From an uncultured Chloroflexia bacterium (GTDB lineage Bacteria > Chloroflexota > UBA6077 > JACCZL01): a DNA stretch of 64,000 nucleotides. The translations under genes and the position numbers were made by a program. The stretch spans positions 256,001 to 320,000 of the forward strand of contig CAVXYC010000020.1 of NCBI GenBank assembly GCA_963765765.1. The letters run 5' to 3'. The notes below the pieces were generated by a model. The model had not been told where the DNA came from and did not search any database. It saw nothing but the letters and a program-made list of their open reading frames with translations. Below, in pieces: positions 44,309 to 55,481 of this stretch (positions are counted from its first letter, which is position 1; each line of letters starts with the position of its first letter).

Positions 44309-44415
44309 TACTTTAGACTGCGGCGGTCTTCGCCGCCTTGTGCTAGCGCGAAGTGCGTTGGCCATCGGCTTCCAGCCTCGCGAGAAAGCGGCGAGGACCG
44401 CCACAGTCTAAAGTA
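44309..44415. repeat. ~105-bp REP doublet / REPIN-like element, copy 2
   Basis: TACTTTAGACTGCGGCGGTCTTCGCCGC...GCGGCGAGGACCGCCACAGTCTAAAGTA; homologous to 19513..19614 in the opposite orientation. Confidence 0.75.
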
Positions 44416-44433
44416 GTCACGCTTCGCGTCGGA

Positions 44434-44483
44434 AAGCACAAAAGGAAGCGCCACCCGAACGGGTGGCGCTTCCTTTTGTGCTT
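44434..44483. terminator. Bidirectional terminator between the UbiA-like gene and rpsI
   Basis: 24-bp perfect inverted repeat AAGCACAAAAGGAAGCGCCACCCG-aa-CGGGTGGCGCTTCCTTTTGTGCTT. Confidence 0.85.
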
Positions 44484-44498
44484 CGAAACGGCTGGAGG

Positions 44499-44903
44499 TT
44501 ACCGCTTGGTGTACTGCGGCGCCTTGCGGGCTCGCTTGAGGCCGTACTTCTTGCGTTCCTTGACGCGTGGGTCACGGGTGAGAAGGCCGGCGGATCGCAG
44601 CACCGCGCGATGCCCTTCATCGACCTTCAAGAGAGCACGTGCAATTGCATGTACCAGCGCGCCCGCCTGCCCCGTTGTTCCGCCACCCGCCACTTTTGCC
44701 AGCACGTTGTAGCTACCAATGGTATTGGTGAGCCGAAGCGGAAGCGTCACGAGCGTCTGGGCTGTGGGCCGCGGTAAATGCTGCTCGAGCGATTTACCGT
44801 TCACAATGACATTGCCTGTACCAGGCTGAAGTAGCACTCGCGCCACGGATTCTTTCCGACGTCCTACCGCGGAAAGGGCGTCCGGGTTCCGTCCCGATCT
44901 CAT
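44499..44903 (-). CDS. rpsI: 30S ribosomal protein S9
   Basis: [34 protein letters not shown]. Confidence 0.97.
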   Translation of the reverse strand: MRSGRNPDALSAVGRRKESVARVLLQPGTGNVIVNGKSLEQHLPRPTAQTLVTLPLRLTNTIGSYNVLAKVAGGGTTGQAGALVHAIARALLKVDEGHRAVLRSAGLLTRDPRVKERKKYGLKRARKAPQYTKR

Positions 44904-45336
44904 GAAGTCTTCTCCTCAGTCCCCTTGAGCTGACCCTGGTGCGGGTGCGTGGGCCCATCGTACACCCGTAGGCGTTTTAGCATCGCTCGTCCCAGCGTGT
45001 TGTGCGGCAGCATGCCTTTGACCGCGTGCTCCACGACGAAGCGCGGACGACGCTGAATCATGGTGCTAGCCACAACCTCGCGAAAACCGCCGGGTGGCCG
45101 GAATGCCTGAAATACTTCTTCTGCTCCGGCTTTCGGCCTGTCAGTCGAACCTTATTTGCATTCACGATCACAACGTGATCACCCGCGGCCATGTGCGGTA
45201 CGAACATCGCACGCTGCTTACCGCGCAACAATTGTGCAATCTGCGTTGCCAGCCTACCGAGCGGCTGATCGGTTGCGTCAATCAGGTACCACTCAGGCTG
45301 AAAGTCTTTTGCCTTTGGTGAATAGGTTTTCACCAT
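44900..45336 (-). CDS. rplM: 50S ribosomal protein L13; frameshift near 45092
   Basis: WYLIDA...LGRLA, LRGK, GD.VVIVNA; shifted frame gives [12 protein letters not shown]...RL.VY.G..HPH. Confidence 0.93.
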
Positions 45337-45366
45337 GAACTCCTCGTCATCGAAGCACTGCGTTCT

Positions 45367-46120
45367 TCAATAATCTACGTGTGTAAGGGACAACCCATGA
45401 GGTGGCGCGTGATCGCTACGGATCGCCGGGTGTGAGCCAGCGAAGCAGCGCGATGACATCATCCGGCTCCAGACGACCACGCCCTGTGGCGACCAGCGAT
45501 CCGACGATTCCTCGCACCATTCGCCTGAGAAATCCGTCAGCGGCAATATCGAAGTAAACAAAACCGTCATCGTTACGCGACCACTCCGCGAGTGTCACTG
45601 TTCGCCAGGTGGAGTCCACCGAGCTGCGTGCCATCCGCGCTGCGAAGCATCGAAAATCGTGCTTCCCTAACAGCCAGTACGAGACCCGCTGCATCTTCTC
45701 GATGTCCAGGGCCTGTGGTACATGCCAGCTGAACGGCTGCCAGAATACGTTTCGCACCTGACCCGTCCAGATCGTGTACCGATAACGGCGCTGTCGAGCT
45801 GACCGACGAGCATCGAAACCCGAGGACTCGTCTCTCGCCGAGAGCACCGCCACGTCGCTGGGAAGCGTCGCATTGAGTGCCCGCGTGATCTGCTCCACCG
45901 GCCGAGCGCACGTCGTTCGAACTGAACCGACCTGTCCGCTCGCATGAACTCCTGTGTCCGTGCGGCCCGCGGGCGTAATCCGAACCTTCTCGCCGAGCAC
46001 CTGAAGCCAGGCAGTTTCCAGTACGCCCTGCACGGTACGTGCTTCGGGCTGTACGTTGAACCCCTGGAATCGGGTTCCCTGGTACGCGAGATTGAGTCGG
46101 ACGACCCGCGATGCCTGCAT
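45367..46120 (-). CDS. truA: tRNA pseudouridine(38-40) synthase; frameshift near the 3' end
   Basis: AGRTDTGVHASGQ, G.HDF..F, GFLRRMVR, C-terminal APPHGL.L..VDY in the next frame. Confidence 0.93.
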
Positions 46121-46125
46121 GCATC

Positions 46126-46479
46126 CTAGAGAACAAGCTCCACCTGAGCCATCGGCGCGCTATCGCCTCTTCGAGGCAGAAGCTTCACCAATCGGGTATA
46201 TCCGCCCGGCCGATCCGCGAACCGCGGCGACAGCTCATCGAACAGCTTGGTGATCACCCGTGGATCGTGCACCTTGGTCATTGCCAGACGCCGTGCGTGC
46301 AGGTCGCCGCGACGCGCCAGCGTAATGACATGCTCCGCCTCGCGGCGTAGCTCTCGGGCTTTCGCGTCGGTCGTACGGACCTTCTCATATCGAAGAAGGT
46401 CCGTAACGAGGTTGCGAATCAACGAAAGCCGATGGCTGGTTGGCCGCTTGAGCATGCGGAGGCCAACTCTATGTCTCAC
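46126..46479 (-). CDS. rplQ: 50S ribosomal protein L17
   Basis: MRHR, TT.AKA.ELR, RPGGYTR, RRGD.APMA. Confidence 0.97.
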   Translation of the reverse strand: MRHRVGLRMLKRPTSHRLSLIRNLVTDLLRYEKVRTTDAKARELRREAEHVITLARRGDLHARRLAMTKVHDPRVITKLFDELSPRFADRPGGYTRLVKLLPRRGDSAPMAQVELVL

Positions 46480-47513
46480 CTTCCGCTCCCATCATCTTCA
46501 TCATCGAGCACAAGCGCGAAATCCTGCTCTGTCTCGTCTTCGTCGTCCTCCGCACTACCTTCGGAGGAAGGGCGCAGTCCATCACCACCACCTGTAATCA
46601 GGCCATGCATGGCGAGCTTCTCACGCAGCTCATCGAGCGATTTCTGTCCGAAATTTCGGAGAGAAAGAAGCTCGTCCTCACTCATCTGAAGAATCTGCCC
46701 CACCTTGGTGATCTGTGATCGCTTGAGGCAATTGTGCGTGCGCTGCGACAGCTCGAGTTGATCGATGGACATCTCATAGATCTGCGTCGGAATCGCGCCT
46801 GTACCCAACGTGGGCTTCTCACTGAGACGCGGCGGCTTTTGCAGATCCGTGAAAAGTGTGAAGTGATCGATCAACAATCCAGCCGCCTGGGCCAATGCAT
46901 CGATCGGCGTCACAGTCCCATCCGTCTGGATGTCAATCACAACGCGATCCAGATCGGTTCGCGAGCCGACACGAGTGTTTTCCACCGTGTAATTCACCCG
47001 GCGAACGGGGCTGAATATCGCATCGATCGGAATTACACCGAGCGACGGTGGCTCGCGCCCATCACTGGGAAGGTAGCCAGTTCCACGCTCAACCGTAAGC
47101 TCCAGCTCGAGGCGCGAATCCGGGCCGTCGAGCGTTGCCAGATGAAGCTCAGGATTGATGATCTCAATGTCGCTCGGATAAATCAGGTCCGCCGCTGTGA
47201 CAACGCCCGGTCCATTGGCAATCAATCGCATCTGGGCAGGCTGATCGGAATGACATTGAACGCGGAGCTGCTTCAGGTTGAGAATCAGCTCGGTCGTGTC
47301 TTCCTTCACGCCGGGAATGGTGGCAAACTCATGGAAGACGCCTTCGACCTTCACGGCGGTCACTGCCGCGCCCTGGAGCGACGACAGCAACACCCGACGC
47401 ATCGCATTGCCGACTGTGATTCCGAATCCGCGTGCGAGGGGCTCGATCTGGAAGCGGCCAAAATCGTCGGACGTGTGCAGCGTGTCTATCTTGGGTGTCG
47501 TACTCTCCTGCAA
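46476..47513 (-). CDS. rpoA: RNA polymerase alpha subunit
   Basis: EPL.RGFG.T.GNA.RRVLLSSL, HEF..IPGVKED, DAIFSPV, NCLKR, NFGQKSL. Confidence 0.98.
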   Translation of the reverse strand: MQESTTPKIDTLHTSDDFGRFQIEPLARGFGITVGNAMRRVLLSSLQGAAVTAVKVEGVFHEFATIPGVKEDTTELILNLKQLRVQCHSDQPAQMRLIANGPGVVTAADLIYPSDIEIINPELHLATLDGPDSRLELELTVERGTGYLPSDGREPPSLGVIPIDAIFSPVRRVNYTVENTRVGSRTDLDRVVIDIQTDGTVTPIDALAQAAGLLIDHFTLFTDLQKPPRLSEKPTLGTGAIPTQIYEMSIDQLELSQRTHNCLKRSQITKVGQILQMSEDELLSLRNFGQKSLDELREKLAMHGLITGGGDGLRPSSEGSAEDDEDETEQDFALVLDDEDDGSGR

Positions 47514-47594
47514 TGCTGTGTGCCTCCTCAGGCCGCTCGCGCTAAAGCCGCCTCGACAATACGTCGATGCGGCTTTACGCTCTGGTGCCGGTCG

Positions 47595-48221
47595 CTATCG
47601 AGAATAGTGCTCGACGACGAGCTGCTCACTAATGTTCGAATCGATTTCATCGCGCGCCGGCAAGGACAGCACGCGGCCGGAGAGCTCAGTAATATCCAGG
47701 CTGAGCCAGTTGGGCACCGTCTTTCGAGTCAGCGTGTCCTGCACCATCTTGAAATACTCGGACCCGCGGCTCGTCGGATGCACGCTGATGATGTCTCCAA
47801 CAGATACGAGCGCCGACGGGATGTCCGTCTTGCGACCCCGTAGCGTGATGTGGCCGTGTCGCACGATCTGCCGAGCCTGCTTGCGTGAGTCGGCAAATCC
47901 TAGCCGGTAGACCACGTTGTCGAGTCGGGTCTCCAGAAGCTGGAGCAGGTTCTCACCGGTAACACCGGGTCGACGCTCGGCTTCTACAAAATGCTTGGAG
48001 AACTGCCGCTCCAGCACGCCATAGATCGCACGCGCTTTCTGCTTCTCTCGAAGCTGGGCCCCAAATTCGGACATTTTGCGGCGTCGCTGACCATGAATTC
48101 CGGGTGGGTAATTCCGTCGCTCAATTGCGCATTTCGGCCCAAAGCATCTCTCACCTTTCAGGAAGAGCTTGACGCTCTGACGCCTGCAGATTTTGCACAC
48201 GGGTCCCGTGTATCGCGCCAT
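47595..48221 (-). CDS. rpsD: 30S ribosomal protein S4
   Basis: [36 protein letters not shown]. Confidence 0.98.
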   Translation of the reverse strand: MARYTGPVCKICRRQSVKLFLKGERCFGPKCAIERRNYPPGIHGQRRRKMSEFGAQLREKQKARAIYGVLERQFSKHFVEAERRPGVTGENLLQLLETRLDNVVYRLGFADSRKQARQIVRHGHITLRGRKTDIPSALVSVGDIISVHPTSRGSEYFKMVQDTLTRKTVPNWLSLDITELSGRVLSLPARDEIDSNISEQLVVEHYSR

Positions 48222-48246
48222 GTGTTATTCGTCCCTTGCTTTCTAG

Positions 48247-48642
48247 TTAGACGCGCCGCTTCTTGGGCGGGCGGCATCCGTTGTGTGCAATCGGCGTGAC
48301 ATCCACAATGGCACTCACAGCCAAACCAGCAGCCTGAAGCGACCGAATGGCCGCCTCGCGTCCGGAGCCCGGTCCTTTCACATAGACCTGGATCTGGCGT
48401 ACGCCGTTCTCCATCGCTTTGCGTGCCGCTTGATCCGCGGCCAAGCCGGCGGCATACGGCGTGCTCTTGCGAGAGCCCTTGAACCCGGCGGTGCCGCCAC
48501 TGGCCCAGGTCACAACATTTCCGTCTGGATCAGTGATCGTCACAGTCGTATTGTTGAACGTCGACTGGATATAGGCATTACCGCGAGGTATGTTCTTACG
48601 CTCGCGTCGCCGCGTTCGTGGGGCTCGACGCCGTTCTGCCAC
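48247..48642 (-). CDS. rpsK: 30S ribosomal protein S11
   Basis: [31 protein letters not shown]. Confidence 0.98.
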   Translation of the reverse strand: MAERRRAPRTRRRERKNIPRGNAYIQSTFNNTTVTITDPDGNVVTWASGGTAGFKGSRKSTPYAAGLAADQAARKAMENGVRQIQVYVKGPGSGREAAIRSLQAAGLAVSAIVDVTPIAHNGCRPPKKRRV

Positions 48643-48666
48643 GCTTGATCTCCCTTAGCGCTTCTT

Positions 48667-49050
48667 CTACTTCTTCGCCGCGGCCTTCTTGCGGCCGGCG
48701 ACTGTGCGGCGCGGTCCTTTACGCATGCGAGCGTTGGTGCGCGTCCGCTGACCATGGACTGGTCGACCTCGGCGATGCCGCAGGCCCCGATAACAACCAA
48801 TTTCCATGAGCCGTTTGATATTCAGGTTTACTTCGCGGCGAAGATCGCCCTCCACCGCGAAATCTTTATCGATCGCTTCACGCAATCGGTTGACCTGGTC
48901 CTCCGTCAAGTCATTGACGCGAGTATCGGGATCTACACTTGTGCGAAGCAGAATCTGCCGACTGGAGGTACGGCCAATTCCATAAATGGACGTCAGCCCA
49001 ATTTCCACACGCAGGTTGCGTGGGAGGTCTATTCCAGCGATGCGTGCCAT
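48667..49050 (-). CDS. rpsM: 30S ribosomal protein S13
   Basis: [30 protein letters not shown]. Confidence 0.98.
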   Translation of the reverse strand: MARIAGIDLPRNLRVEIGLTSIYGIGRTSSRQILLRTSVDPDTRVNDLTEDQVNRLREAIDKDFAVEGDLRREVNLNIKRLMEIGCYRGLRHRRGRPVHGQRTRTNARMRKGPRRTVAGRKKAAAKK

Positions 49051-49088
49051 CGACCTAGCGCTCCTTCCGATTCAATTGGCCCGTGGGC

Positions 49089-49202
49089 CTAACCCTGCCG
49101 CTGCTTGTGCTTTGGATTCGTGCAGATCACCAGAACCACGCCCTTGCGCTTGATAATCTTGCATCGCTCACAGCGAGCCTTTACTGATGCTGCTACTTTC
49201 AT
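49089..49202 (-). CDS. rpmJ: 50S ribosomal protein L36 (below ORF-track cutoff)
   Basis: Manual translation [37 protein letters not shown]. Confidence 0.96.
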   Translation of the reverse strand: MKVAASVKARCERCKIIKRKGVVLVICTNPKHKQRQG

Positions 49203-49241
49203 CGTTCCCTGCTCCCGCCCCACCGAGCGCCAACCGCGGAC

Positions 49242-49463
49242 TCAACGCTCACGTCCCATGATGGCTCCTCTCGAGGAGTCATACGGTGACAACCGAATGG
49301 TCACACGATCGCCCGGAATGATCCGTGGCAAATTCAACCGAACTTGGGGCCCGAGATGCGCGAGCACCTTCAACCCCGTAGCCAGCTCTACCCGGTACAT
49401 CAGATTCGGGAGCACCTCAATCACTGCTCCGCGAACGACCTCACCCTGGTCAGACACTGACAT
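49242..49463 (-). CDS. infA: Translation initiation factor IF-1 (divergent)
   Basis: G.VIE.LPN..YRVEL..G..VLAH, I.PGDRV...LSPYD..RG; canonical position before rpmJ. Confidence 0.88.
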   Translation of the reverse strand: MSVSDQGEVVRGAVIEVLPNLMYRVELATGLKVLAHLGPQVRLNLPRIIPGDRVTIRLSPYDSSRGAIMGRER

Positions 49464-49522
49464 TTAATCGAGTGCGCTGGTGGCAAATCACTATTGTATC
49501 AGATTCGAGGCTAAATCTCCCC

Positions 49523-50177
49523 TTATGCTCCGTTCTTACCAACCGCGATAGAAAGATCACGCCGCACGTCGTCAACGGACTGGTCGCCGTTGACAGTCAC
49601 GAGCGTGCCTCGATCGCGGTAATAGTCGATCAGCGGTGCTGTGTCCTTGAAATCGACCTCAAGACGACGCAATGCCGTCTCGCGCTTATCGTCGTCACGC
49701 TGATAAAGCGAGCCGCCACAAGCATCACACACGCCTGGCGTAGTGGGTTGGTTGAACAGCTCGTGGTAGCTGCGACTGCAGTCGCGACAAATCCAACGCC
49801 CCGAAAGACGGCCGAGCAGGACGTCCTGAGGCACTTCGAGATAAACGACTCGGTCTATCTTCCCGCTGGCCTCCTTGAGCGCCTCGTCAAGAGCTTCCGC
49901 CTGACGTCGCGTTCGCGGGAAACCGTCCAGAATCACGCCTTTTGCCGCGTCTGGCGCCTTGATGCGCTCGAGCACGAGGCCGATCGTCACGTCATCGGGG
50001 ACGAGCTCACCTCTATCCATGTAGCCCTTTGCTTGGAGTCCAAGGGGCGTGCCCGGCCTTCACGGCCTCCCGAAAGAGATCGCCGCTGGCGACATGCGCG
50101 ATCTGAAGATCGGCTGCCAGGCTAGCGGCCTGCGTCCCTTTTCCCGCACCGGGCGCTCCAACAAGGATGATCTGCAT
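49523..50177 (-). CDS. adk: Adenylate kinase; frameshift near 50053
   Basis: [24 protein letters not shown], Zn-lid CxxC...CxxC, QRDDD. Confidence 0.94.
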
Positions 50178-50187
50178 AACCCCTCAG

Positions 50188-51492
50188 CTACCTGTTGATA
50201 AAACCACGGTAGTTGCGCATCAAAAGCTGGGATTCGAGCTGACGCATCGTATCCAGCGCAACGCCAACCACGATGAGCAACGCCGTACTCTGCAATGTCA
50301 GCGCCTGAATGTTCGTAACGCTCCGCACCAGGAACGGCAGGATCGCGATTATTCCCAGGAAGAGCGCACCTACAAGGGTGATCCGGGTCAGTACACGATA
50401 CAGATACTCGGCCGTTGGCCGACCTGGTCGAATGCCTGGAATGAAGGCACCCTGCCGCTGAAGATTCTCGGCGATGTTCTGCTGCTGGTAGATGACCACG
50501 GTGTAGAAGAACGTGAACGCGACCACCAGCCAGAAATAGAGCATCCAGTAAAACCAGCTCGTCTGGAGGTTGAAGACCTCATAGACCCACCGAGCGACGC
50601 TCGCAATCGTCTCGTTCTCCGACGTCAGGAAGTACCCCGCCACCGTTGCAGGGAAGATCAGGATCGACGACGCGAAGATCAGCGGGATCATTCCCGCCGA
50701 GTTCACTTTGAGTGGAATATGCGTGGTCTGGCCGCCATACATCCGATTTCCACGAATGCGCTTGGCCACCTGCACCGGTATTCTCCGTTGTCCTTCGTAA
50801 ACCAGGACAATGGCAGCGACCGTGGTAATGCCTAGCACCATGAAAATTGCGAATGCGCCGACATTCAACCCGGACACCAGCGGTCGGAGCAGGAGTGTTG
50901 GCAGGCTAGCCACGATCCCACCAAAGATGATCATGGAGATCCCGTTGCCGATGCCGTACTGAGTGATCAGCTCGCCGATCCAGATGAGCAACATCGTTCC
51001 CGCGACCATCGTAATGATGATCGCGAGCGTACCGAGTGGATCGACATCAAAACCGAACTGCTCGATGAATCGCTCACCGCTTGGCGAGCTCGCATTGATA
51101 AGTTGCGGTGTGCCATACGCCTGAGCGGCCGCCAACGGAAGAGTGAGCCAGTGTGTGTACTGATTAATGCGATTTCGCCCCGACTCGCCTTCCTTAGAAA
51201 GCTCCGTGAGCTGCGGTATCACCGGAACCATGAGCTGCATGATGATCGATGCAGTGATGTACGGATACACGCCCATGGCAGCAATCGAAAAGTTCGAGAG
51301 CGCACCGCCAGAGAAAAGATCAAGGAAGCCGATGAACTGGTTGGACTCGAAGAGTCGCTCGAGCGCGGCGATATTGACGCCGGGAACCGGCACGTGCGCA
51401 ACGAACCGGAAGACAACCAGCATCAGCCCCGTGAAGATCAGCTTCCCACGGAGATCTGGAATTCGAAAGGCGTCGAGGAGGGCGCTAAGCAC
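50188..51492 (-). CDS. secY: Preprotein translocase SecY
   Basis: PYITASIIMQL, GIGNGIS, PLKVN.AGMIP.IFASS, IPGIRPG. Confidence 0.98.
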   Translation of the reverse strand: MLSALLDAFRIPDLRGKLIFTGLMLVVFRFVAHVPVPGVNIAALERLFESNQFIGFLDLFSGGALSNFSIAAMGVYPYITASIIMQLMVPVIPQLTELSKEGESGRNRINQYTHWLTLPLAAAQAYGTPQLINASSPSGERFIEQFGFDVDPLGTLAIIITMVAGTMLLIWIGELITQYGIGNGISMIIFGGIVASLPTLLLRPLVSGLNVGAFAIFMVLGITTVAAIVLVYEGQRRIPVQVAKRIRGNRMYGGQTTHIPLKVNSAGMIPLIFASSILIFPATVAGYFLTSENETIASVARWVYEVFNLQTSWFYWMLYFWLVVAFTFFYTVVIYQQQNIAENLQRQGAFIPGIRPGRPTAEYLYRVLTRITLVGALFLGIIAILPFLVRSVTNIQALTLQSTALLIVVGVALDTMRQLESQLLMRNYRGFINR

Positions 51493-51936
51493 CCGTCATG
51501 ACCTCCGCGGTCCCCCGGCCTTTTCAATCTTCTCTTTCGCGCTCGCTGAGAATCGATGCGCCTTGATTGTTAGCGCGATCGAAAGCTCACCGGTAGCCAG
51601 AATAATGACTGGCTTATCGGCCGACCGGATCAGTCCCGCGGCGAGAAGCTCTGCGGGACCAACCACGCTACCCGCGCGGAACTTGACCAGCGAAAGTAGA
51701 TTCACGGGTTGACGCTCGACACGGCTGTGGTTTCGAAAACCTCGTCGATGCGGCAGGCGCTTGACGAGCGGAAGCTGTCCGCCCTCAAAGTACGCGGGGA
51801 CCCCGCCGCCGGCGCGCGCCTTCTGACCTTTGGTGCCCTTGCCGGCAGTCGTGCCGCGCCCTGACCCTAAACCGCGTCCGATACGACGCCGCTTGGGATG
51901 GGAGCCGGCGGGCGGTTTGAGATCCTGAATCTGCAT
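51485..51936 (-). CDS. rplO: 50S ribosomal protein L15; G-run indel at the extreme 3' end
   Basis: GRG.GSG.G.TAGKG.KGQKAR, FEGGQLPL..RLP. Confidence 0.95.
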
Positions 51937-52124
51937 TACTCGACTACCTTTACGAGATGGCCAATCGCGTTCACCATGCCGCGCACGGCATCCGTGTCCG
52001 GTCGCTCCACGACCTGGTTCATCCGCCGCAGACCAAGCGCTCGGACCGTCTTTTTCTGTCGCTCGGTATAGCCAATCGGGCTTTTCACGAGCTGAATTTT
52101 GATAGTTCCGCTAGGCGCTGGCAC
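51936..52124 (-). CDS. rpmD: 50S ribosomal protein L30
   Basis: [24 protein letters not shown]. Confidence 0.95.
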   Translation of the reverse strand: MPAPSGTIKIQLVKSPIGYTERQKKTVRALGLRRMNQVVERPDTDAVRGMVNAIGHLVKVVE

Positions 52125-52639
52125 TTGCGAGTCTCCTTGCCGGCAGAATCTCAGACACGGGTCGGCCCCGTCGGCGCGCGATCTCCTCCGGGTCGTGGAG
52201 GTTTTCGAGGGCCGGTCATGGTGGCCCGAACGAGGTTAATCGGGTTCGGTGAGCCCAGCGACTTCGTGAGCAGGTCCTTAATGCCAGCCGACTCAACGAC
52301 GGCGCGAACCGCACCGCCGGCGATGACGCCAGTACCTGGCGCGGCCGGCTTCAGCAGCACGCGCGCGGCGCCGTAATCCTGCACTAGCTCGTGAGGTATC
52401 GACGTGCCAACCATGGGGACACGAATTAAGCTTTTCTTCGCGATCTCGGCGCCCTTCCGAATGGCGTCTGGCACCTCATTCGCCTTGCCCAGTCCAGCAC
52501 CCACGAGCCCCTGACCGTCACCGACGACCACAAGCGCGCTGAAGCTGAACCGACGACCGCCCTTGACCACTTTGGCCACGCGGTTGATCTTGATGACTCG
52601 TTCTTCGAAGGTAATTCCTGTTGGATCGATCTTCGGCAT
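52111..52639 (-). CDS. rpsE: 30S ribosomal protein S5; frameshift near 52213
   Basis: [39 protein letters not shown]. Confidence 0.95.
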
Positions 52640-52651
52640 TGATTGCTCCGT

Positions 52652-53023
52652 CTAGAACTGCAAGCCGCAGGCTCGAGCGCCCTCGGCCAACGACTTCACG
52701 CGTCCGTGATAGAGAAAGCCGCCGCGATCGAAGACCACCTGCGACACTCCCTTCTCCCGCGCTCGCTCGGCGAGCAATCGACCGATCTGCTCCGCCCGTT
52801 CAGACTTAGTGCCCGATGTATCGGTGCGCGAAGTCGGCTCCAGCGAGGAGGCGGCAACTAGGGTATGCCCAGCCTGATCATCGATGATCTGAGCGTAGAT
52901 ATGCTGAAGGCTGCGGAACACCGCCAGCCGCGGTCGCTCCGCTACGCCAGCGAGCTTTTTCCGCACTCGAGCGTGGCGCCGCACCCGAGCGCGGCGCGGA
53001 TTGTCTTTCTTTGTGATAGCCAC
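52652..53023 (-). CDS. rplR: 50S ribosomal protein L18
   Basis: [30 protein letters not shown]. Confidence 0.97.
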   Translation of the reverse strand: MAITKKDNPRRARVRRHARVRKKLAGVAERPRLAVFRSLQHIYAQIIDDQAGHTLVAASSLEPTSRTDTSGTKSERAEQIGRLLAERAREKGVSQVVFDRGGFLYHGRVKSLAEGARACGLQF

Positions 53024-53037
53024 GTGTACTCGAACCT

Positions 53038-53583
53038 CTACTTCTTGGCGCCGGCTTTACCGGCCTTCCGTCTGATCTGCTCGTCTGCGTAACGGATGCC
53101 TTTACCTTTGTACGGCTCAGGCGGACGCACCTTTCGGATGTTGGCGGCTACTTGACCCACCATCTCCTTATCGATGCCCTTTACGGTCACTCGCGTTGTG
53201 CCTTCGACTTCAAACGTGATGCCGTCTGGAGCGGTCATTTGCACGGGGTGCGAGAAACCCATCTGAAGTGTCAGCGCGTTCCCGCCACCCTGTGCTCGAT
53301 ACCCGGTCCCGGTGATCTCTAGCCGCTTCTCGAATCCGGACGTCACGCCAGTGACCATGTTGTTTAAAAGCGTTCGTGACAGCCCGTGCATTGCTCGTGA
53401 GCGGCGCTCCTCGTTAGGCCGTTGCACGAGGATGGTCCCATCTTCCCGAACAAATTGCAGGTTTGGATCCAGCGTGCGGGCCAGGGTGCCACGCGGCCCC
53501 TTCACCACAACATGATTGTTCTCGCCGAACGTGACGTCAACACCACTTGGTACGTCGATCGGCATGCGCCCAATTCGAGACAT
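53038..53583 (-). CDS. rplF: 50S ribosomal protein L6
   Basis: [26 protein letters not shown]. Confidence 0.98.
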   Translation of the reverse strand: MSRIGRMPIDVPSGVDVTFGENNHVVVKGPRGTLARTLDPNLQFVREDGTILVQRPNEERRSRAMHGLSRTLLNNMVTGVTSGFEKRLEITGTGYRAQGGGNALTLQMGFSHPVQMTAPDGITFEVEGTTRVTVKGIDKEMVGQVAANIRKVRPPEPYKGKGIRYADEQIRRKAGKAGAKK

Positions 53584-53606
53584 CCTTCTATCTCCTCAGA
53601 TCTCGC

Positions 53607-54001
53607 CTACCAGACGTGGCAGAGAACTTCTCCGCCAACGCCCATGCGCCGCGCGCGTCGACCGCTCATGACTCCCTTTGAAGTCGAGACAATCGCCACG
53701 CCCAAACCACCGTAGACTCGCGGCATCTCCGTGGCGCCGCTATACACGCGCAAGCCGGCCGGCTCACCCGTTTGATACCGGTAACCACCGGTACGTTCTT
53801 GTCTACATACTTGAGCTCGATGCGCAGTTTCTTCTGCGGCATCTCTTCGAGCTCTTGAAATCCCAGAATGAAGCCTTCATCGCGGAGGACCTGTGCCACC
53901 GAAACCTTGAGCTTCGATGAGGGCATCGTGACCGCGGGGTGCCGTGCCTGCAAGCCATTTCTGATGCGCGTCAGCATATCGGCAATTGGATCAGTCAGCA
54001 T
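53607..54001 (-). CDS. rpsH: 30S ribosomal protein S8; frameshifted
   Basis: [17 protein letters not shown]; shifted frame gives [25 protein letters not shown]. Confidence 0.93.
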
Positions 54002-54019
54002 TGGATCGCTCTTCTCCTC

Positions 54020-54204
54020 TTACCAGCTTGATTTCGTCACCCGGGCACTTCGCCGCGCAGCGCGAGCTTGCGGAAACAGATTCGACACAAACCAAACTTC
54101 CGAATGAAGGCACGTGGCCGGCCGCACAGCTCGCAACGGTTGTGCTGCTGGACCTTGAAGCGAGGGGGTCGCTTCGACTTAATGATCATGGACTTCTTCG
54201 CCAC
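54020..54204 (-). CDS. rpsZ: 30S ribosomal protein S14 type Z (Zn-binding); 1-nt deletion near the 3' end
   Basis: Manual translation MAKKSM...[23 protein letters not shown]...PG.TKSSW; 185 nt versus the expected 186. Confidence 0.92.
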
Positions 54205-54215
54205 GGTTCGCTCCC

Positions 54216-54779
54216 TTAACCCCGCTCGAACGGCATTCCAAGCAGCTCAAGAAGCCTCTTGGATTCCTGGTCGGTTCGCGCGGACGTGACGATCGTTATT
54301 TCCAAACCGCGCAACTTGTCTATCTTGTCGTAGTCAATCTCGGGAAACACGAGCTGTTCCCGAAGTCCGAGCGTGTAGTTGCCTCGTCCGTCGAACGACT
54401 TGGAGGGAACTCCTCGGAAATCCCGAATGCGCGGAAGTGCCGCGTTCATCAGTCGATCCAAGAACTCGTACATCCGCTCCCCTCGGAGCGTCACCTTGAG
54501 TCCGATGGACATACCCTCGCGCAATCGAAATTGCGCAATTGAATTCTTGGCCTTCCGAACAAGCGGCCGTTGCCCGGTGATTGCAGCGAGGTCAGCCGAG
54601 GCCGCCTCGAGCGCACGCCCGTTTGCGATCGCTTCGCCCATGCCGATGTTGACGACGACTTTCTCGACGTGCGGCACCTGCATCGGATTGCTGAAGCCCA
54701 GCTCACGCTGAAGCGACGGCGCAATCTCGGATTGGAACCGTTCTTTGAGTCTGCTTTTCTCTGCGACCGGTGTTGCCAT
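54216..54779 (-). CDS. rplE: 50S ribosomal protein L5
   Basis: [30 protein letters not shown]. Confidence 0.98.
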   Translation of the reverse strand: MATPVAEKSRLKERFQSEIAPSLQRELGFSNPMQVPHVEKVVVNIGMGEAIANGRALEAASADLAAITGQRPLVRKAKNSIAQFRLREGMSIGLKVTLRGERMYEFLDRLMNAALPRIRDFRGVPSKSFDGRGNYTLGLREQLVFPEIDYDKIDKLRGLEITIVTSARTDQESKRLLELLGMPFERG

Positions 54780-54787
54780 CGCTATTC

Positions 54788-55102
54788 CTACAACTGCTCG
54801 CCGCAGCGCTTACAGACGCGCACTCTGCGTCCATCATCGAGCTGCCGAGCACCGATTCGAACCGGCCGATCACACTTGGCGCAGACAATCCCGACGTTGG
54901 AGATATGCAGTGGCTGCTCCACGTCGATGATGCCGGCCTGCCGAGCATTTCGCCCAGGCTTCATATGCCGCTTTGCAATATTTACTTCCGCCACGATGAC
55001 GCGGTCGTCCTTCACGTGAACCTCGCGGACCTTCCCGCGCTTCCCGCGCTCGCGTCCGGCAAGAATCTGGACCGTGTCATCACGCTTCACACGCAAACTC
55101 AC
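54788..55102 (-). CDS. rplX: 50S ribosomal protein L24
   Basis: D.V..LAG.ERGKRG.V, P.HISNV. Confidence 0.96.
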   Translation of the reverse strand: MSLRVKRDDTVQILAGRERGKRGKVREVHVKDDRVIVAEVNIAKRHMKPGRNARQAGIIDVEQPLHISNVGIVCAKCDRPVRIGARQLDDGRRVRVCKRCGEQL

Positions 55103-55112
55103 ACTGGCCCCC

Positions 55113-55481
55113 TTACAGCACTTCTGGTGCGAGCGAAACGATCTTCATATAGCTCTTCTCACGCAGCTCGCGTGCGACAGGACCGAAGATTCGCGTTCCT
55201 CGCGGATTGTTCTTATCGGCTAGTACGACCGCCGCATTGTCATCAAACCGGATGCTCGAGCCATCGGGGCGACGGTGCTCTTTGGCTGTACGAACGATCA
55301 CCGCTCGCACCACGTCGCCCTTCTTCACGGAGCCACCGGGGTTCGCGTCTTTAACGGAGGCAACAATGATGTCGCCCACACTGCCTACGCGCTTATTGCC
55401 GCCAGCAACTACCTGGATGCACATCAGCTCACGTGCTCCGGTGTTATCAGCGACGCGCAGTCGGGTTTGCGAGCGAATCAT
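55113..55481 (-). CDS. rplN: 50S ribosomal protein L14
   Basis: [34 protein letters not shown]. Confidence 0.98.
   Translation of the reverse strand: MIRSQTRLRVADNTGARELMCIQVVAGGNKRVGSVGDIIVASVKDANPGGSVKKGDVVRAVIVRTAKEHRRPDGSSIRFDDNAAVVLADKNNPRGTRIFGPVARELREKSYMKIVSLAPEVL

Noticed and set aside
47543-47577. Hairpin TAAAGCCGC...GCGGCTTTA between rpsD and rpoA
   Set aside because: Ordinary intra-operon stem (processing or attenuation); nothing further can be supported.
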